A DNA stretch of 55,727 nt, from the UHGV virus genome UHGV-0036148. One strand, written 5' to 3'. This DNA is from a virus. Of this stretch, positions 35,557-45,346 are shown in pieces. Both the position numbers and the translations under genes were made by a program. Every line of letters starts with the position of its first letter. Position 1 is the stretch's first letter. The notes below the pieces were generated by a model. The model worked only from the letters and a program-made list of their open reading frames with translations, was not told the origin of the DNA and searched no databases.

Positions 35557-35691
35557 GGCGGGCATGAAGGGCGATAAATTCACCCGGCGGGGGAACTGGA
35601 ATGTTTGACAGGTAATTTTGGATAGGGTGTATCGCGCGGAATGGTTGTTTATAAATACGAAAATAGCCCCGGCATTGTGCCGGGGTTTGGT

Positions 35692-38600
35692 TTATTTGCG
35701 GCGAGGTTGCAACATTCCTCCAGGGCGTTGCGACTCCCTTGCCATCATTTTCATTGCTACGCGTTCCATTGTCTGCTCAAGCCTGCGGCTATCCTCGTCA
35801 CTAAATCCGTTTGTGGTCTGGACGGTGATGTTTACAGGCATATTGATACCGCCACCGCTGAAAAGATCGCGGCCAGGAATAACCCTGCCATTTTCACCAG
35901 GAATCATATACTGACGCCCGTTGCTCGTCTGGAATAGCTCCGGTATCCCGTGTTCCCCTACGCGATACAGGCTACCACCATTAACCGCACCGCCGTTATA
36001 GCGAGCGCCAGCCAGTCCAAGCGTTTTGGCGGCAGCTACGCCAGTAGTAAGCCCAGTAAGTCCAGTGGCCCCAGCGCCGCCCATCGTGGCAACGTTTGCC
36101 AGGTATGCAGGAGTAGCCCACGCTGATGATAACGCTGCCGCCTCTGCCAGTGCTTTGGTTGTTGCCATAGTTCTTGCTGTATCACCAATCAATTGCTGCT
36201 TGACCCACTCAGTACCCATTTGAACAATCGTACCAATCACAGAGGAAAGGATTGTATTGCCAATGTTAGCCAGCGCCTGTTGCCAGCTTTGAGTACCGTT
36301 AATCAGGCCGACAAGCGCGTTAGTTGCAGATCCGCCCATTGCATCAACAGCATCACCTAACAGTTGGTTGGTCAATGACTGCGCCTTATACCTCTCCCAC
36401 TGAAGTGATAGCATTTCCCTCTCGTGCGCTTTTTCTTGCTCCCTCATATATTGCTCTGTAGCGCCTAAATCTGTGAGCATTTGTTTGCGAACCGCCCATT
36501 CGTTCATCGCCTGCTGAATTGGGTCTAGCTGCCCGCGTAGTTGCAGCTCATTGTTTACCAGATTATCCCAACTAGATTGGCGTTTGCGTTGCTCTTCCGC
36601 CGCAACCAGCGCTTTCCATGCCGTAGTATATTGTTCGGTATTTATTTTTCCGCTTTTAAGTGCGGCGTTTAGCGCATCCTGATCCTCTTTTAATTTCCGT
36701 TGTGCTGCGGCTTCTACGTTGTATTTGTCTGCAACATTCTGGCCCCGCTTCTCAATCTCTTTGCGCAGGCGTTCAGCCTCTTTTAGACGTTTTTTCTCCT
36801 CGCTTTCGCCAGTTTTTTTCCCATGACTGGCCTTTCTTTCAGCTTCGGCGCGTTTCTGCTCGGTGTCGTATGCTTTGGTCATTGTAGCCATGTATTTTTC
36901 ATACGCTTCCCCGGTCAGGTTTGCTTTCTCAGCCTCACGCTTAAACCCATCAATCGCCTTTTCCCTGCTGGCTGTTTTGGAGTCGAGTTTTGCCAGTTCC
37001 AGGCGGCGGTTTGCCAGATCCATTAGTTCTTGTTGATCTGCGTTAAGTGCTGCTGAAGCGTGTTGCGTTGCTGCTGCTGCGCGTTCTGCTTCTGTGGTGA
37101 TTCTTCCGTATGCATCCGCCACCAACCCTAATGAAGTGGCAAGGGTCTTCATTAGCGGATCTGTATCCTGCATAAGCAAAATATATTTGCGCTGCATTTG
37201 ATTAAGGCGGTCGAGAATATCCTCACGCTGCGCCTCTTCCCTGGTCAGGCGGGCTGTGATTTCCTGATTAGCTTTCGATAGGTTGGCGTAAGCGCGTGAC
37301 CCCTCCTCTGCTTTCTCCAGTGCCTGTTTATTCAGCTCCAGCGCCTGCGTGTCCTGGTCAATCTGTTTGTTGAGACTGGCAACGTCTTCCTCTAACTGAC
37401 CCATTGATATTTGTAGTTTATCTGCGCCAGCCAGTTTAGCCGCCTTGCTCATTCGCTCCAGTGATTCGGTACTAACATCCACTGAATCAGCAAGGTTGCG
37501 GTTTGCCTCTGCCGTTTGATCTACGTGATCTACATATGCTGTCAACCCGTAAACAGCAAGCATTAACGCGCCAGGGATACCACCAATCGCGCCCAGAGTA
37601 GCGCTAAATGCTGTTTTTAGTAGTCCCGCATTAGTCGCCGCCGCAGTGTGGGCCGCAGCAAGGCGCTGCTCTGCCGCAGTAAGGGCGTTTGATGCCGCCG
37701 TGTTCTGTGCTTTGGCTACAGCCAATTCTTTCAGCGTCTGAACTTCGAATTTTGTTCCGGCGTTTGCCGCAGCATAAGCCTGCGCCTCTCTCAGCCTTGC
37801 CGCCGCCGCCGCTGCTGATTGCCGTGCTGATACCACCTGAGCGTTAGCTAGCGCCAATTCACTCTGAGCGGCCTGCCGTGCCGCTGCCGTTTGTGCCCTG
37901 GTTGCCTGAGCGTTAGTTAATGCCTCTGCTGTTGCAGCTACGAATTTATTTACCACTCTGCCACCCATCACAGTGGCAAGGCCAATAAATGCAGTAGCTA
38001 TTTCGTTAAGGTTTTCTGACAGGGTTACAACTGCCGAATTAAAAGCACCAATCCCGCCCATAATTGACGAATTGCTGCCGAAAAATTTAGCTGCGTTGTT
38101 GCCTGCAACAGTGAAAGCCTCCTGCATAGTTGGGGTGAGTTTAGAAAACTCAGCATCAACCTCCGCTTTCATTTCCTTAAGGGCTTTAATGATAGCTTCA
38201 CGGGTGATCTTCCCTTCTGCTGCCATCTTGCGCATTTCTGCCGACGATACGCCCAATGATTTAGCCAAACCCTCTGACAGCCTGGTAGCGTTTTCTGTAA
38301 CGGAGTTAAATTCATCGCCATTCAAAACACCTTTGGCGAGGGATTGACCCAACTGACGGATCCCGCCTTCTGCTTCAGCGGCAGAAGCGCCAGAAATGCG
38401 GAATGTTTTGTTAATGGTTTCAACCATATCACCAAGTGCTTGCGTCGATAAACCAGCGTCGCGCGTCGAGCGCTCTAATTTACCGTAAAGATCTGCCGTA
38501 GCATCAAGATCGCTTCGTGAATTTTGCGCGATCTGAAATACACGCTGATTAACGTCTGCCAGTGATTCACCAGCACGAACGCTATTGATTAGCCTGTTAT

Positions 38601-38841
38601 TCACCTCCTGCCAGGCGTTTGCATACTCAATGATTTTTTTTGCTGCCATTGCAGCACCCAGGGCACTGGCAATCGAGGATAGCTTTGACAGTGACTTACT
38701 TGCCTGAGTGGCGGCACTATCCACGCGCTCCAAATCCTTTTCCATTTTGCCAGTTGCGCGATCTACCTCGCGCTGAACAGTCAGAAGCTGACCCGTTTTT
38801 GCATCAACCTCGTAATAAATTGTGCCTAAATTTGTTGACAT
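35692..38841 (-). CDS. H: tail tape measure protein
   Basis: 1049 aa, Ala/Gln-rich coiled-coil, position between chaperone and M; GAGGT SD. Confidence 0.85.
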   Translation of the reverse strand: MSTNLGTIYYEVDAKTGQLLTVQREVDRATGKMEKDLERVDSAATQASKSLSKLSSIASALGAAMAAKKIIEYANAWQEVNNRLINSVRAGESLADVNQRVFQIAQNSRSDLDATADLYGKLERSTRDAGLSTQALGDMVETINKTFRISGASAAEAEGGIRQLGQSLAKGVLNGDEFNSVTENATRLSEGLAKSLGVSSAEMRKMAAEGKITREAIIKALKEMKAEVDAEFSKLTPTMQEAFTVAGNNAAKFFGSNSSIMGGIGAFNSAVVTLSENLNEIATAFIGLATVMGGRVVNKFVAATAEALTNAQATRAQTAAARQAAQSELALANAQVVSARQSAAAAAARLREAQAYAAANAGTKFEVQTLKELAVAKAQNTAASNALTAAEQRLAAAHTAAATNAGLLKTAFSATLGAIGGIPGALMLAVYGLTAYVDHVDQTAEANRNLADSVDVSTESLERMSKAAKLAGADKLQISMGQLEEDVASLNKQIDQDTQALELNKQALEKAEEGSRAYANLSKANQEITARLTREEAQREDILDRLNQMQRKYILLMQDTDPLMKTLATSLGLVADAYGRITTEAERAAAATQHASAALNADQQELMDLANRRLELAKLDSKTASREKAIDGFKREAEKANLTGEAYEKYMATMTKAYDTEQKRAEAERKASHGKKTGESEEKKRLKEAERLRKEIEKRGQNVADKYNVEAAAQRKLKEDQDALNAALKSGKINTEQYTTAWKALVAAEEQRKRQSSWDNLVNNELQLRGQLDPIQQAMNEWAVRKQMLTDLGATEQYMREQEKAHEREMLSLQWERYKAQSLTNQLLGDAVDAMGGSATNALVGLINGTQSWQQALANIGNTILSSVIGTIVQMGTEWVKQQLIGDTARTMATTKALAEAAALSSAWATPAYLANVATMGGAGATGLTGLTTGVAAAKTLGLAGARYNGGAVNGGSLYRVGEHGIPELFQTSNGRQYMIPGENGRVIPGRDLFSGGGINMPVNITVQTTNGFSDEDSRRLEQTMERVAMKMMARESQRPGGMLQPRRK

Positions 38842-39100
38842 GATTTAACCTCATACAAAATGTGATCTATGCCTCTATTTTATACAAAATGGATTTACCT
38901 CAGTGAACACATTTTGTATAAAGAAGCCAAAGGAAAGGGATAGAGCGAAGGGACTTAAAAGGCCGGATTGACCGGAGGAAGCAAAAGAGGATAAGAAAAT
39001 GAAAAACGTAAACTACCACCCCAACGAACATGAGCGCTATGCTGACTTTATCGAGCAAATGTTAAAAGCGCTGAAAAACAAAAACTAAGCGGGGTGAAAT

Positions 39101-39460
39101 ATGAAAAGTCTGGCAAAAATCTTAATCGTGGCGGTACTTGCAGGAGTTGCGCTTAATGCTAATGCTGAGCACTCTCCGTCCGCAAAATACATACTTCGTG
39201 AATGTGCGCATAATGCTCAGTTGTACGATATAAAGCATGGTGACGGTAATGGTGATCTGGAAATGCCATTTAACGTTGGCTGTATTCATTACGCAATGAA
39301 GCCAGTATTAGAAAAAACCGCTGAATGGAAAGATCTTAATAGCAAGTACAATGAATTAAAAGAGGCGGCAAAAAACAATAAAGCGTCACTAAATGCGTTT
39401 AAGGATGGCGAGTCTTATGGTGTAAACGTGGCCCACAGAGTTGATGCGTATTTCAACTAA
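39101..39460 (+). CDS. secreted protein with signal peptide (moron)
   Basis: MKSLAKILIVAVLAGVALNANA signal peptide; opposite strand within tail module. Confidence 0.5.
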   Translation: MKSLAKILIVAVLAGVALNANAEHSPSAKYILRECAHNAQLYDIKHGDGNGDLEMPFNVGCIHYAMKPVLEKTAEWKDLNSKYNELKEAAKNNKASLNAFKDGESYGVNVAHRVDAYFN

Positions 39461-39472
39461 CACAGAATTTTA

Positions 39473-39499
39473 GAGGCCCGGCTAATCCCGGGCTTTTTC
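39473..39499 (+). terminator. rho-independent terminator after secreted-protein gene
   Basis: GCCCGG-ctaatc-CCGGGC followed by TTTTTC. Confidence 0.5.
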
Positions 39500-40162
39500 T
39501 TGCTCGCTATTTTCCATTCTTTTTAGTATCTCCATAGCCTCCCTCATTCCATCGTCATAAGCCTTTTTATCCAGTAATACATCTGGTCGTTTTTGTTTGT
39601 TTCTTGCTTCTGGCGGCGTTTTAGCACGCACAGCGGCCCTATATCCGGTCATTGTCATATTCCACGCTTCTGATTCTGATAACCCCAGGTGAGCAACGGC
39701 AGAATAAACAAACTCCAGTATGTCGAACGTTGGTTTGTATTCACCTTCCTGTCTATCGCTTGCGACCTCTTCAGGGCCATCACCAATTAAGCCGTGGTAC
39801 ATGCAGTGTTGCGCCAGCGTAATAACATCATCAACCGGCATTATTCCCGGTTTTAATCTCAATTTACCCGAAGGAGTGAACCTGCATTCGCCCAATAACG
39901 GGCCTGTTTCGTCGTCTGAGCAACATTTCAGTATGTGGATGGATGTTTGTACTATCTCACCATAACACCGCGCCATAATGCGATTGCGGAGGTCTGGATC
40001 TGTGGGTAATCGTGATGGGTATTTGCTGCCGTGGATAAGTGCGAAATATTCGACAAGCTCACTATCGTTGCCGATTTTAGCCATCGCAGCAAAGCAAGGA
40101 TTAAATTCATAGCGCTTACCGTTCACCACAGCCGCAAATTGTCCTGTACGAACATGGATCAT
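39482..40162 (-). CDS. putative tail assembly chaperone (by position)
   Basis: occupies the G/GT position between major tail gene and tape measure; ATG 40162 with AGGGTGA SD. Confidence 0.3.
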   Translation of the reverse strand: MIHVRTGQFAAVVNGKRYEFNPCFAAMAKIGNDSELVEYFALIHGSKYPSRLPTDPDLRNRIMARCYGEIVQTSIHILKCCSDDETGPLLGECRFTPSGKLRLKPGIMPVDDVITLAQHCMYHGLIGDGPEEVASDRQEGEYKPTFDILEFVYSAVAHLGLSESEAWNMTMTGYRAAVRAKTPPEARNKQKRPDVLLDKKAYDDGMREAMEILKRMENSEQEKARD

Positions 40163-40181
40163 AGTATTCACCCTAAAAGGA

Positions 40182-40199
40182 AGGGGCTAAATAGCCCCT
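40182..40199. terminator. hairpin between major tail gene and chaperone (possible attenuator)
   Basis: AGGGGCT-aaat-AGCCCCT stem-loop. Confidence 0.3.
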
Positions 40200-40206
40200 T
40201 TATTGT

Positions 40207-40683
40207 TTATGCGGCAACTGGATCGGTTACAGTTACCTGGCCCGCGCTTTCGCACTCAATGGACCAGGTTGTCACATCATCGTGCGGCGCTTCTTCTTCG
40301 AAAGATGTGCAAAGGAATGGACCCTCAGTCACATCGGTGGGGGTGACGATTTTTAGCCACACGTATGGCTGATTTCCGGTAGCAGTGCCCGGTGACATTA
40401 CATGACGCTTTAGTTCTTTCTGGTTGTGTAGAGCATCACTACGTGATACGCCGTCGCCGGAGAAAGAAACAGATTTGTAAGTGACCAGGGATTCTTTGGT
40501 ATAGTCGGCGGATTTATCAGCGGTGGCGTCTGCGGTTTCCCATTCTACGGAAAGCGTTTTGCCGCGCATCATGCCTAACGCTTTATATGCTTCTTTACCA
40601 GGTTTCGCATTAGGGCAAGCGATAGCAAAGAATACAGCAACGTCACGGCCTGTAAATGAGCCATTTTCGCAAGTCTGAGACAT
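40207..40683 (-). CDS. major tail protein (V-like, by position)
   Basis: 158-aa ORF in the V position upstream of chaperone/tape measure. Confidence 0.5.
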   Translation of the reverse strand: MSQTCENGSFTGRDVAVFFAIACPNAKPGKEAYKALGMMRGKTLSVEWETADATADKSADYTKESLVTYKSVSFSGDGVSRSDALHNQKELKRHVMSPGTATGNQPYVWLKIVTPTDVTEGPFLCTSFEEEAPHDDVTTWSIECESAGQVTVTDPVAA

Positions 40684-40696
40684 GGTTTGTTACCTC

Positions 40697-41083
40697 TTAT
40701 CTAGATATGATAGTTTGAAAAGCTACGGTAAAAATAAAGCGCCCTTCTTTTGTCTGCATTGCAGGAATAGCGCCTACTGGCTTCATGTGTGTAATTTTAT
40801 CAGTTTTATACTCTGTTATCATACTTTGCCGTATAGCGTCGGCGAGATCTTCCACTTCACTGATATTTGCGTCATTACGCGCTGAAATAACCAGGATGCG
40901 GAAATAATCACGGGTTATTGCTTCTTCACCAGCCGCCCCGCCGTTTTGCTGTATGACAATGTATCTGCTGTTATTCGAATTGGATCGCTCATTCCAGAAA
41001 CGGGCCTGCAAAATATAACCTTCGTCGTACCCGTGGGATTTAATCCAATCCCTTATTTCGTCGTATACTTCGCTGCGTTTCAT
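40697..41083 (-). CDS. tail terminator-like protein (U position)
   Basis: 128 aa, position immediately upstream of major tail gene. Confidence 0.4.
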   Translation of the reverse strand: MKRSEVYDEIRDWIKSHGYDEGYILQARFWNERSNSNNSRYIVIQQNGGAAGEEAITRDYFRILVISARNDANISEVEDLADAIRQSMITEYKTDKITHMKPVGAIPAMQTKEGRFIFTVAFQTIISR

Positions 41084-41520
41084 GTTTTGTAACCTTCTAC
41101 AATCGTTTTATAAATATCGTCGGCGTTATCTGGTTCTTCGAATGCCTTGCGCAAAAATTCCGGTTCCGCGTTTGGATCCCAGTAATCACCCTTACCAGTA
41201 CCGCCGCCAAATTCGACGCCTTCTCTTGTTTTACCGAAATGTTCGCGCGGCTGGCCTTTTAATTTACCCGGCATATTATGCACCCATTCAGCGTAACGGG
41301 CCGTATATCCCAGCCGTAACTGCATACCCTCAGCCGTGTTACCTATGTACTGGAATTGACTGTTAATTAAAAAACCAGTATCGATCGGTGTCATGTTCGC
41401 AGCGAATCCACCAGCAACAAGCCCCACTCGCCATAATACATCGTGCGTTTTTCTGTCTGTAATTTCCTTTATTTCCTGCTTCAATCGCTCCCTGACGCGT
41501 TTAACACCCTTAATAGGCAT
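41080..41520 (-). CDS. head-tail joining / tail completion protein (by position)
   Basis: 146-aa ORF in neck module. Confidence 0.4.
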   Translation of the reverse strand: MPIKGVKRVRERLKQEIKEITDRKTHDVLWRVGLVAGGFAANMTPIDTGFLINSQFQYIGNTAEGMQLRLGYTARYAEWVHNMPGKLKGQPREHFGKTREGVEFGGGTGKGDYWDPNAEPEFLRKAFEEPDNADDIYKTIVEGYKT

Positions 41521-41531
41521 AGAAAACCCCT

Positions 41532-41924
41532 TTAATATTTACTTCGCACGCTGTTACCTGTAATGATTTTATAATCCGGCGTGTCGTTAAACATGCTCAT
41601 ATCCCATTCAACCACGCCGGAGATCTCATTCGCGCCAGCTTCAAGCGGATCAGAAAAAGCCGTGGTGTCACCTGGTGCAATCATCCACCCTTTCTTGGGG
41701 CGCTCCACTGGTTGCAGGTTGTAAAGCAGTTCGGTAAATATGATGTAACTAACATCGGTTTCACTCCCGCGCTCGTCTTCGTCTTTACCTTCCGTCGTCG
41801 TCCAGGCGCAATCAATCAGGTAAGGTTGCCCGTATACCTTCGAATTATTCCAGTCGTCACGCGTTACGGGGTAAACGGTGGCTAATGCCTTGTAGCTGAA
41901 TCTCGCAATCTTACTCATAGCCAT
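41532..41924 (-). CDS. head-tail joining protein (by position)
   Basis: 130-aa ORF in neck module. Confidence 0.4.
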   Translation of the reverse strand: MAMSKIARFSYKALATVYPVTRDDWNNSKVYGQPYLIDCAWTTTEGKDEDERGSETDVSYIIFTELLYNLQPVERPKKGWMIAPGDTTAFSDPLEAGANEISGVVEWDMSMFNDTPDYKIITGNSVRSKY

Positions 41925-42096
41925 AGCTCCATTTGACGATTTTCGGATGGGTTTTCGCCACGCGCGGGCAAAGAATTACCCATTCGCCAGCGTCATTAAG
42001 ATAGGCCGCCACCTGTCGCCCGGTATCAGTTTTCACCCACACGCGGGTAAACAGTTTCGGCAATAGCGGATCCGGTAATGTCAGGTCGTTCCACAT
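41911..42096 (-). CDS. hypothetical small protein (61 aa)
   Basis: ORF in neck module. Confidence 0.3.
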   Translation of the reverse strand: MWNDLTLPDPLLPKLFTRVWVKTDTGRQVAAYLNDAGEWVILCPRVAKTHPKIVKWSYGYE

Positions 42097-42098
42097 TG

Positions 42099-42485
42099 TT
42101 ACATCCTCCCGCTTTTACCTATCCAAAGCCCAGCGTGTGCGGTGTTTTCTGGATCTGGTGGAATCAGTTCGGCTGTACAGTGATGTTTATCAAGGGAGTA
42201 AAGCAACGAGCAGGCTGCCTTCCATTTTTTATTGAAATCGACATAGCGGTATGACTGGCCTGCACCGTTCGGACCAGTTTGCGAGGAAACGTACTTGTTA
42301 GCCTGGGTGAGTCCTAACAGGCCGATCAGATAAAGTTGGATCAATGTTGCAATGGAGGCCGGATAGTTGGCATCAAGGCATTCATTAACGCTATTTGCCT
42401 GCTCCACCAGCAAGGATAAGATAATGTCTGGCAGGTCAATACCCTGGCTTTCAAGATATTCCCGCGCCTGTTCTGTAGTGACCAT
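42099..42485 (-). CDS. head completion / DNA-packaging adaptor (by position)
   Basis: ATG 42485 with GGAG SD just downstream of terminator. Confidence 0.4.
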   Translation of the reverse strand: MVTTEQAREYLESQGIDLPDIILSLLVEQANSVNECLDANYPASIATLIQLYLIGLLGLTQANKYVSSQTGPNGAGQSYRYVDFNKKWKAACSLLYSLDKHHCTAELIPPDPENTAHAGLWIGKSGRM

Positions 42486-42502
42486 TTTGTCTTCTCCACA
42501 TA

Positions 42503-42531
42503 CAAAAAAAATCCCCGGCATCGCGCCGGGG
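42503..42531 (-). terminator. rho-independent terminator after major capsid gene
   Basis: minus strand CCCCGGC-gcgat-GCCGGGG followed by TTTTTTTT. Confidence 0.65.
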
Positions 42532-42550
42532 AGTTACAGGAAATAAGAAA

Positions 42551-43600
42551 TTATTTGTGACCGTAAACAACACCGGAACGGCCCAGCATGTCGCAGGTGA
42601 TTTGTAAGCCTTCGGCAGACATGATTTTGAAGTTATAATTATCAGTCGGCATAAAGCGCGGTACAGGTACTACGCCAGTGGTCATACCGATCAGCGGGGT
42701 GATAACGTCACGACGGCGCTGATAAGCAATGATTTCGTTACCTTTCAGTGCAAAGGTCTGACGGATTCCACCAACAGGGGCGAACGGCATAACCGTATTG
42801 AGTACGCTGCCAACAACAGCACCGTTAACGATGTGCGGACGGGCCAGGTTAGCCATGATTTCAGGTGATACCCACATCACATCATATTTAGCAACGAAGT
42901 TATTGCGGGCCATCACGCCAAATTCGCCAACAGTGAAGAAGTCGATCAGTGCGTCAAATTTTGCAGTGGTAAGGTCAGTGGTCAGTTTCAGTTGCTGGGT
43001 GTTTTTATGTTTTTTAATACCCATAGCTTTATGACCATCAACCACGATGTTTTCGTTACCTTCAAGGTAGAATTTAACGCGTGCTTTGTTGAATTTTTTC
43101 AGTTTCAGGCGCTGGCTGTCCAGGGCAAGGTCGATGCCTACAGTATTTAAGCCCTGGGCTAAACGCCAGTTAACACCGTAACCCGCTGCGAACATCGGGA
43201 TCGGGTCGCCATCGCTGCCGTATTCGGTGTGATCATAGCCGTGTGGCGCCTGACCATCCATAGACATTACGACTTCATCGTTGATGTCACCGGATACGCT
43301 GTACATTTTCAGTGTTTTACCGATTGGCAGTACGGTTTGCACACCCATCAGGTCGTTGACGATTTCAATACCGATTTCTTCGGTGTTCAGTTCGATAATC
43401 TGGTTGTCGATTTCTTTCCAGAACTCTTTTGCAAAGCCGCCAACGGCGTTACAGGCAATCATTTCAGCGGTCATGTTCGCCTTGTTTGCTGCAATCATGG
43501 CGTCATGCTGATCGTTGAAGATGTTGCGTTGCGCCCACAGTTCTTTCCAATGGCCCTGCATACGGGCGTTGGTAGCAAGGTTTTCTTTAGTAAAGTACAT
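42551..43600 (-). CDS. major capsid protein (by position and size)
   Basis: 349 aa, follows decoration-size gene and is followed by a strong terminator. Confidence 0.6.
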   Translation of the reverse strand: MYFTKENLATNARMQGHWKELWAQRNIFNDQHDAMIAANKANMTAEMIACNAVGGFAKEFWKEIDNQIIELNTEEIGIEIVNDLMGVQTVLPIGKTLKMYSVSGDINDEVVMSMDGQAPHGYDHTEYGSDGDPIPMFAAGYGVNWRLAQGLNTVGIDLALDSQRLKLKKFNKARVKFYLEGNENIVVDGHKAMGIKKHKNTQQLKLTTDLTTAKFDALIDFFTVGEFGVMARNNFVAKYDVMWVSPEIMANLARPHIVNGAVVGSVLNTVMPFAPVGGIRQTFALKGNEIIAYQRRRDVITPLIGMTTGVVPVPRFMPTDNYNFKIMSAEGLQITCDMLGRSGVVYGHK

Positions 43601-43617
43601 GTTTTTCCCCTTTTAAA

Positions 43618-44046
43618 TTAAGCGACGCGAACGCGAATGAAGTCTTCCGCTTCCAGGGTTACGTCTTCCTGGCAGTATGCGATGATTGGGTCCGCAGTAC
43701 CCTCATCACTCGGCGCGGTAAACAGCTTGACGCCAGTAGCAGAAAGAGCGATAGCCGCGCCTTTGGTGTAAGCGTCAGCGGGAACACGAAGAGCAAACTC
43801 ACGGCCCTGCTCTACATAATCAGCAACAGCCGTAGCATTAGCTGCGATTGCATCAGCAATGGTTTTACCTTCATGGAATGCCGGGTTAACGACAAACAGT
43901 TGAGTTGCGCCTACATCAGTTGGGGCGGCTTTAGCAAATTTACCGCTAGCCAGTTTAACCAGTTCACCCGGTTTTAATTCAGCACCAGCTAGGCGGGTTT
44001 CGGTGATGGATTTACCATCAATATTTACACGACGAAAACGAAACAT
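43618..44046 (-). CDS. head decoration-like protein (by position)
   Basis: 142 aa, Ala-rich, immediately upstream of capsid gene. Confidence 0.4.
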   Translation of the reverse strand: MFRFRRVNIDGKSITETRLAGAELKPGELVKLASGKFAKAAPTDVGATQLFVVNPAFHEGKTIADAIAANATAVADYVEQGREFALRVPADAYTKGAAIALSATGVKLFTAPSDEGTADPIIAYCQEDVTLEAEDFIRVRVA

Positions 44047-44062
44047 TGTGATCCCCTTTTAA

Positions 44063-45346
44063 TTAGAAATAGGTGTTAAAGTCTGGGACTTCGCCTTTTT
44101 TGCCTTCGCTTGCTGCGTTGGTTGCCATCGGCGCGGCTTTACCCAGGGATTTAAACATTGCTTCTAACGCTTCACCACTTAATGCGTTAGCAACAATTTC
44201 GCCGTGTACTTTCATAACTGCGGCGCGTTTTTCTGCTTCTTCTTTATTTGCGTTTGCTGCAATTTCTTCTTTAATTGCTTTCTGGTTGGTCTGTAATTCT
44301 TCAACGCTTGCCTGTACTGGTTTTAATGCCTCTGCTACTGCATTAGCGATATTAGCGGCTAAACCTTCGTTAATTTCTTTTACCAGTTCGGCGCGTTCTT
44401 CTTTGGTTAAAGGCATGGGTTCACCCTCCGATTTATTGGCCTTAATTTTTTCATTCAGGGAGAAAAGATTAGATAGGTGTTCAGCGAACTGAGCGAACCA
44501 TGATTTACTTTCCTCATTGGTTGCAAGCTCGCCATTATTGAGAATAATTTTATCAGCCTGTTTTTGGTAGTTGTATTTTTCTGCGTAATTTTTATTGGTG
44601 GCAATTGTCACCTCTTTGTCTGTGAAGTCCACGACATAGACATAATCGGCATCAGGAAGCAATTCACGCGCCGCTTCCGTCAGTTGTCTTTCAAGCGTGC
44701 GATAGCTGTTTTCTTTCATTGCCACCGCCATTAAAGGCTTCGCCTGGTCAGTGTTAACCATCAGGCCAACGCCCTGTTCTGGCGATGCGGCTGGCGGTTC
44801 ATGCAGTAAGATGGCGTCATGGTCAATCGACATAATTTTGACAACGCTGTCAGCACCCTGGGCTTTCATTTCTTCGGTGGCTGGCATGCGCTGACGATAT
44901 ACGGCAACAGATGACCAGATCGGATCTTTGCTTTCGCCTTTTTCCAGCGCTTCCAGTCGGCTTAATAATTCGCGGCCTTGTTCTGAATGGCTGGCAGTTT
45001 CAACATCCACCCATTTTTCCACATAAACACGGTTGCCGCGTAATTCCACGTTTCTGTTCCACGCTCCACAAAAGCCAATATTCAGACCTTCAGGGCTAAA
45101 TGCGGAAACAAATTCACCGTCAACAGTAGGATGGCCCAACGGTGCGAGTGTACCTTCCAGTGACTGATAATTAGCGATAATTTCAGCTTCAGGGTAATAT
45201 TCACGATTCATAACGATGTTGAAGGGCAATGTATATGACGGGACTACAATATGCTCGCGCCCGTTATACGTTTCCCGGCGGATGGTATTAGCGGTTAATT
45301 TGGTATTAACCTGAATCAATTCTTTACTCACGGTTTTTACTCCCAA
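44063..45346 (-). CDS. head maturation protease / scaffold-like protein (by position)
   Basis: 427 aa with C-terminal Ala/Glu/Lys coiled-coil typical of scaffolds. Confidence 0.4.
   Translation of the reverse strand: MGVKTVSKELIQVNTKLTANTIRRETYNGREHIVVPSYTLPFNIVMNREYYPEAEIIANYQSLEGTLAPLGHPTVDGEFVSAFSPEGLNIGFCGAWNRNVELRGNRVYVEKWVDVETASHSEQGRELLSRLEALEKGESKDPIWSSVAVYRQRMPATEEMKAQGADSVVKIMSIDHDAILLHEPPAASPEQGVGLMVNTDQAKPLMAVAMKENSYRTLERQLTEAARELLPDADYVYVVDFTDKEVTIATNKNYAEKYNYQKQADKIILNNGELATNEESKSWFAQFAEHLSNLFSLNEKIKANKSEGEPMPLTKEERAELVKEINEGLAANIANAVAEALKPVQASVEELQTNQKAIKEEIAANANKEEAEKRAAVMKVHGEIVANALSGEALEAMFKSLGKAAPMATNAASEGKKGEVPDFNTYF

Noticed and set aside
39482-40171. Possible programmed -1 frameshift in the tail assembly chaperone (lambda G/GT-like)
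   Set aside because: A single continuous 229-aa ORF occupies the position and I could not identify a slippery heptamer with a downstream extension frame by eye; left as a plain CDS with low confidence.
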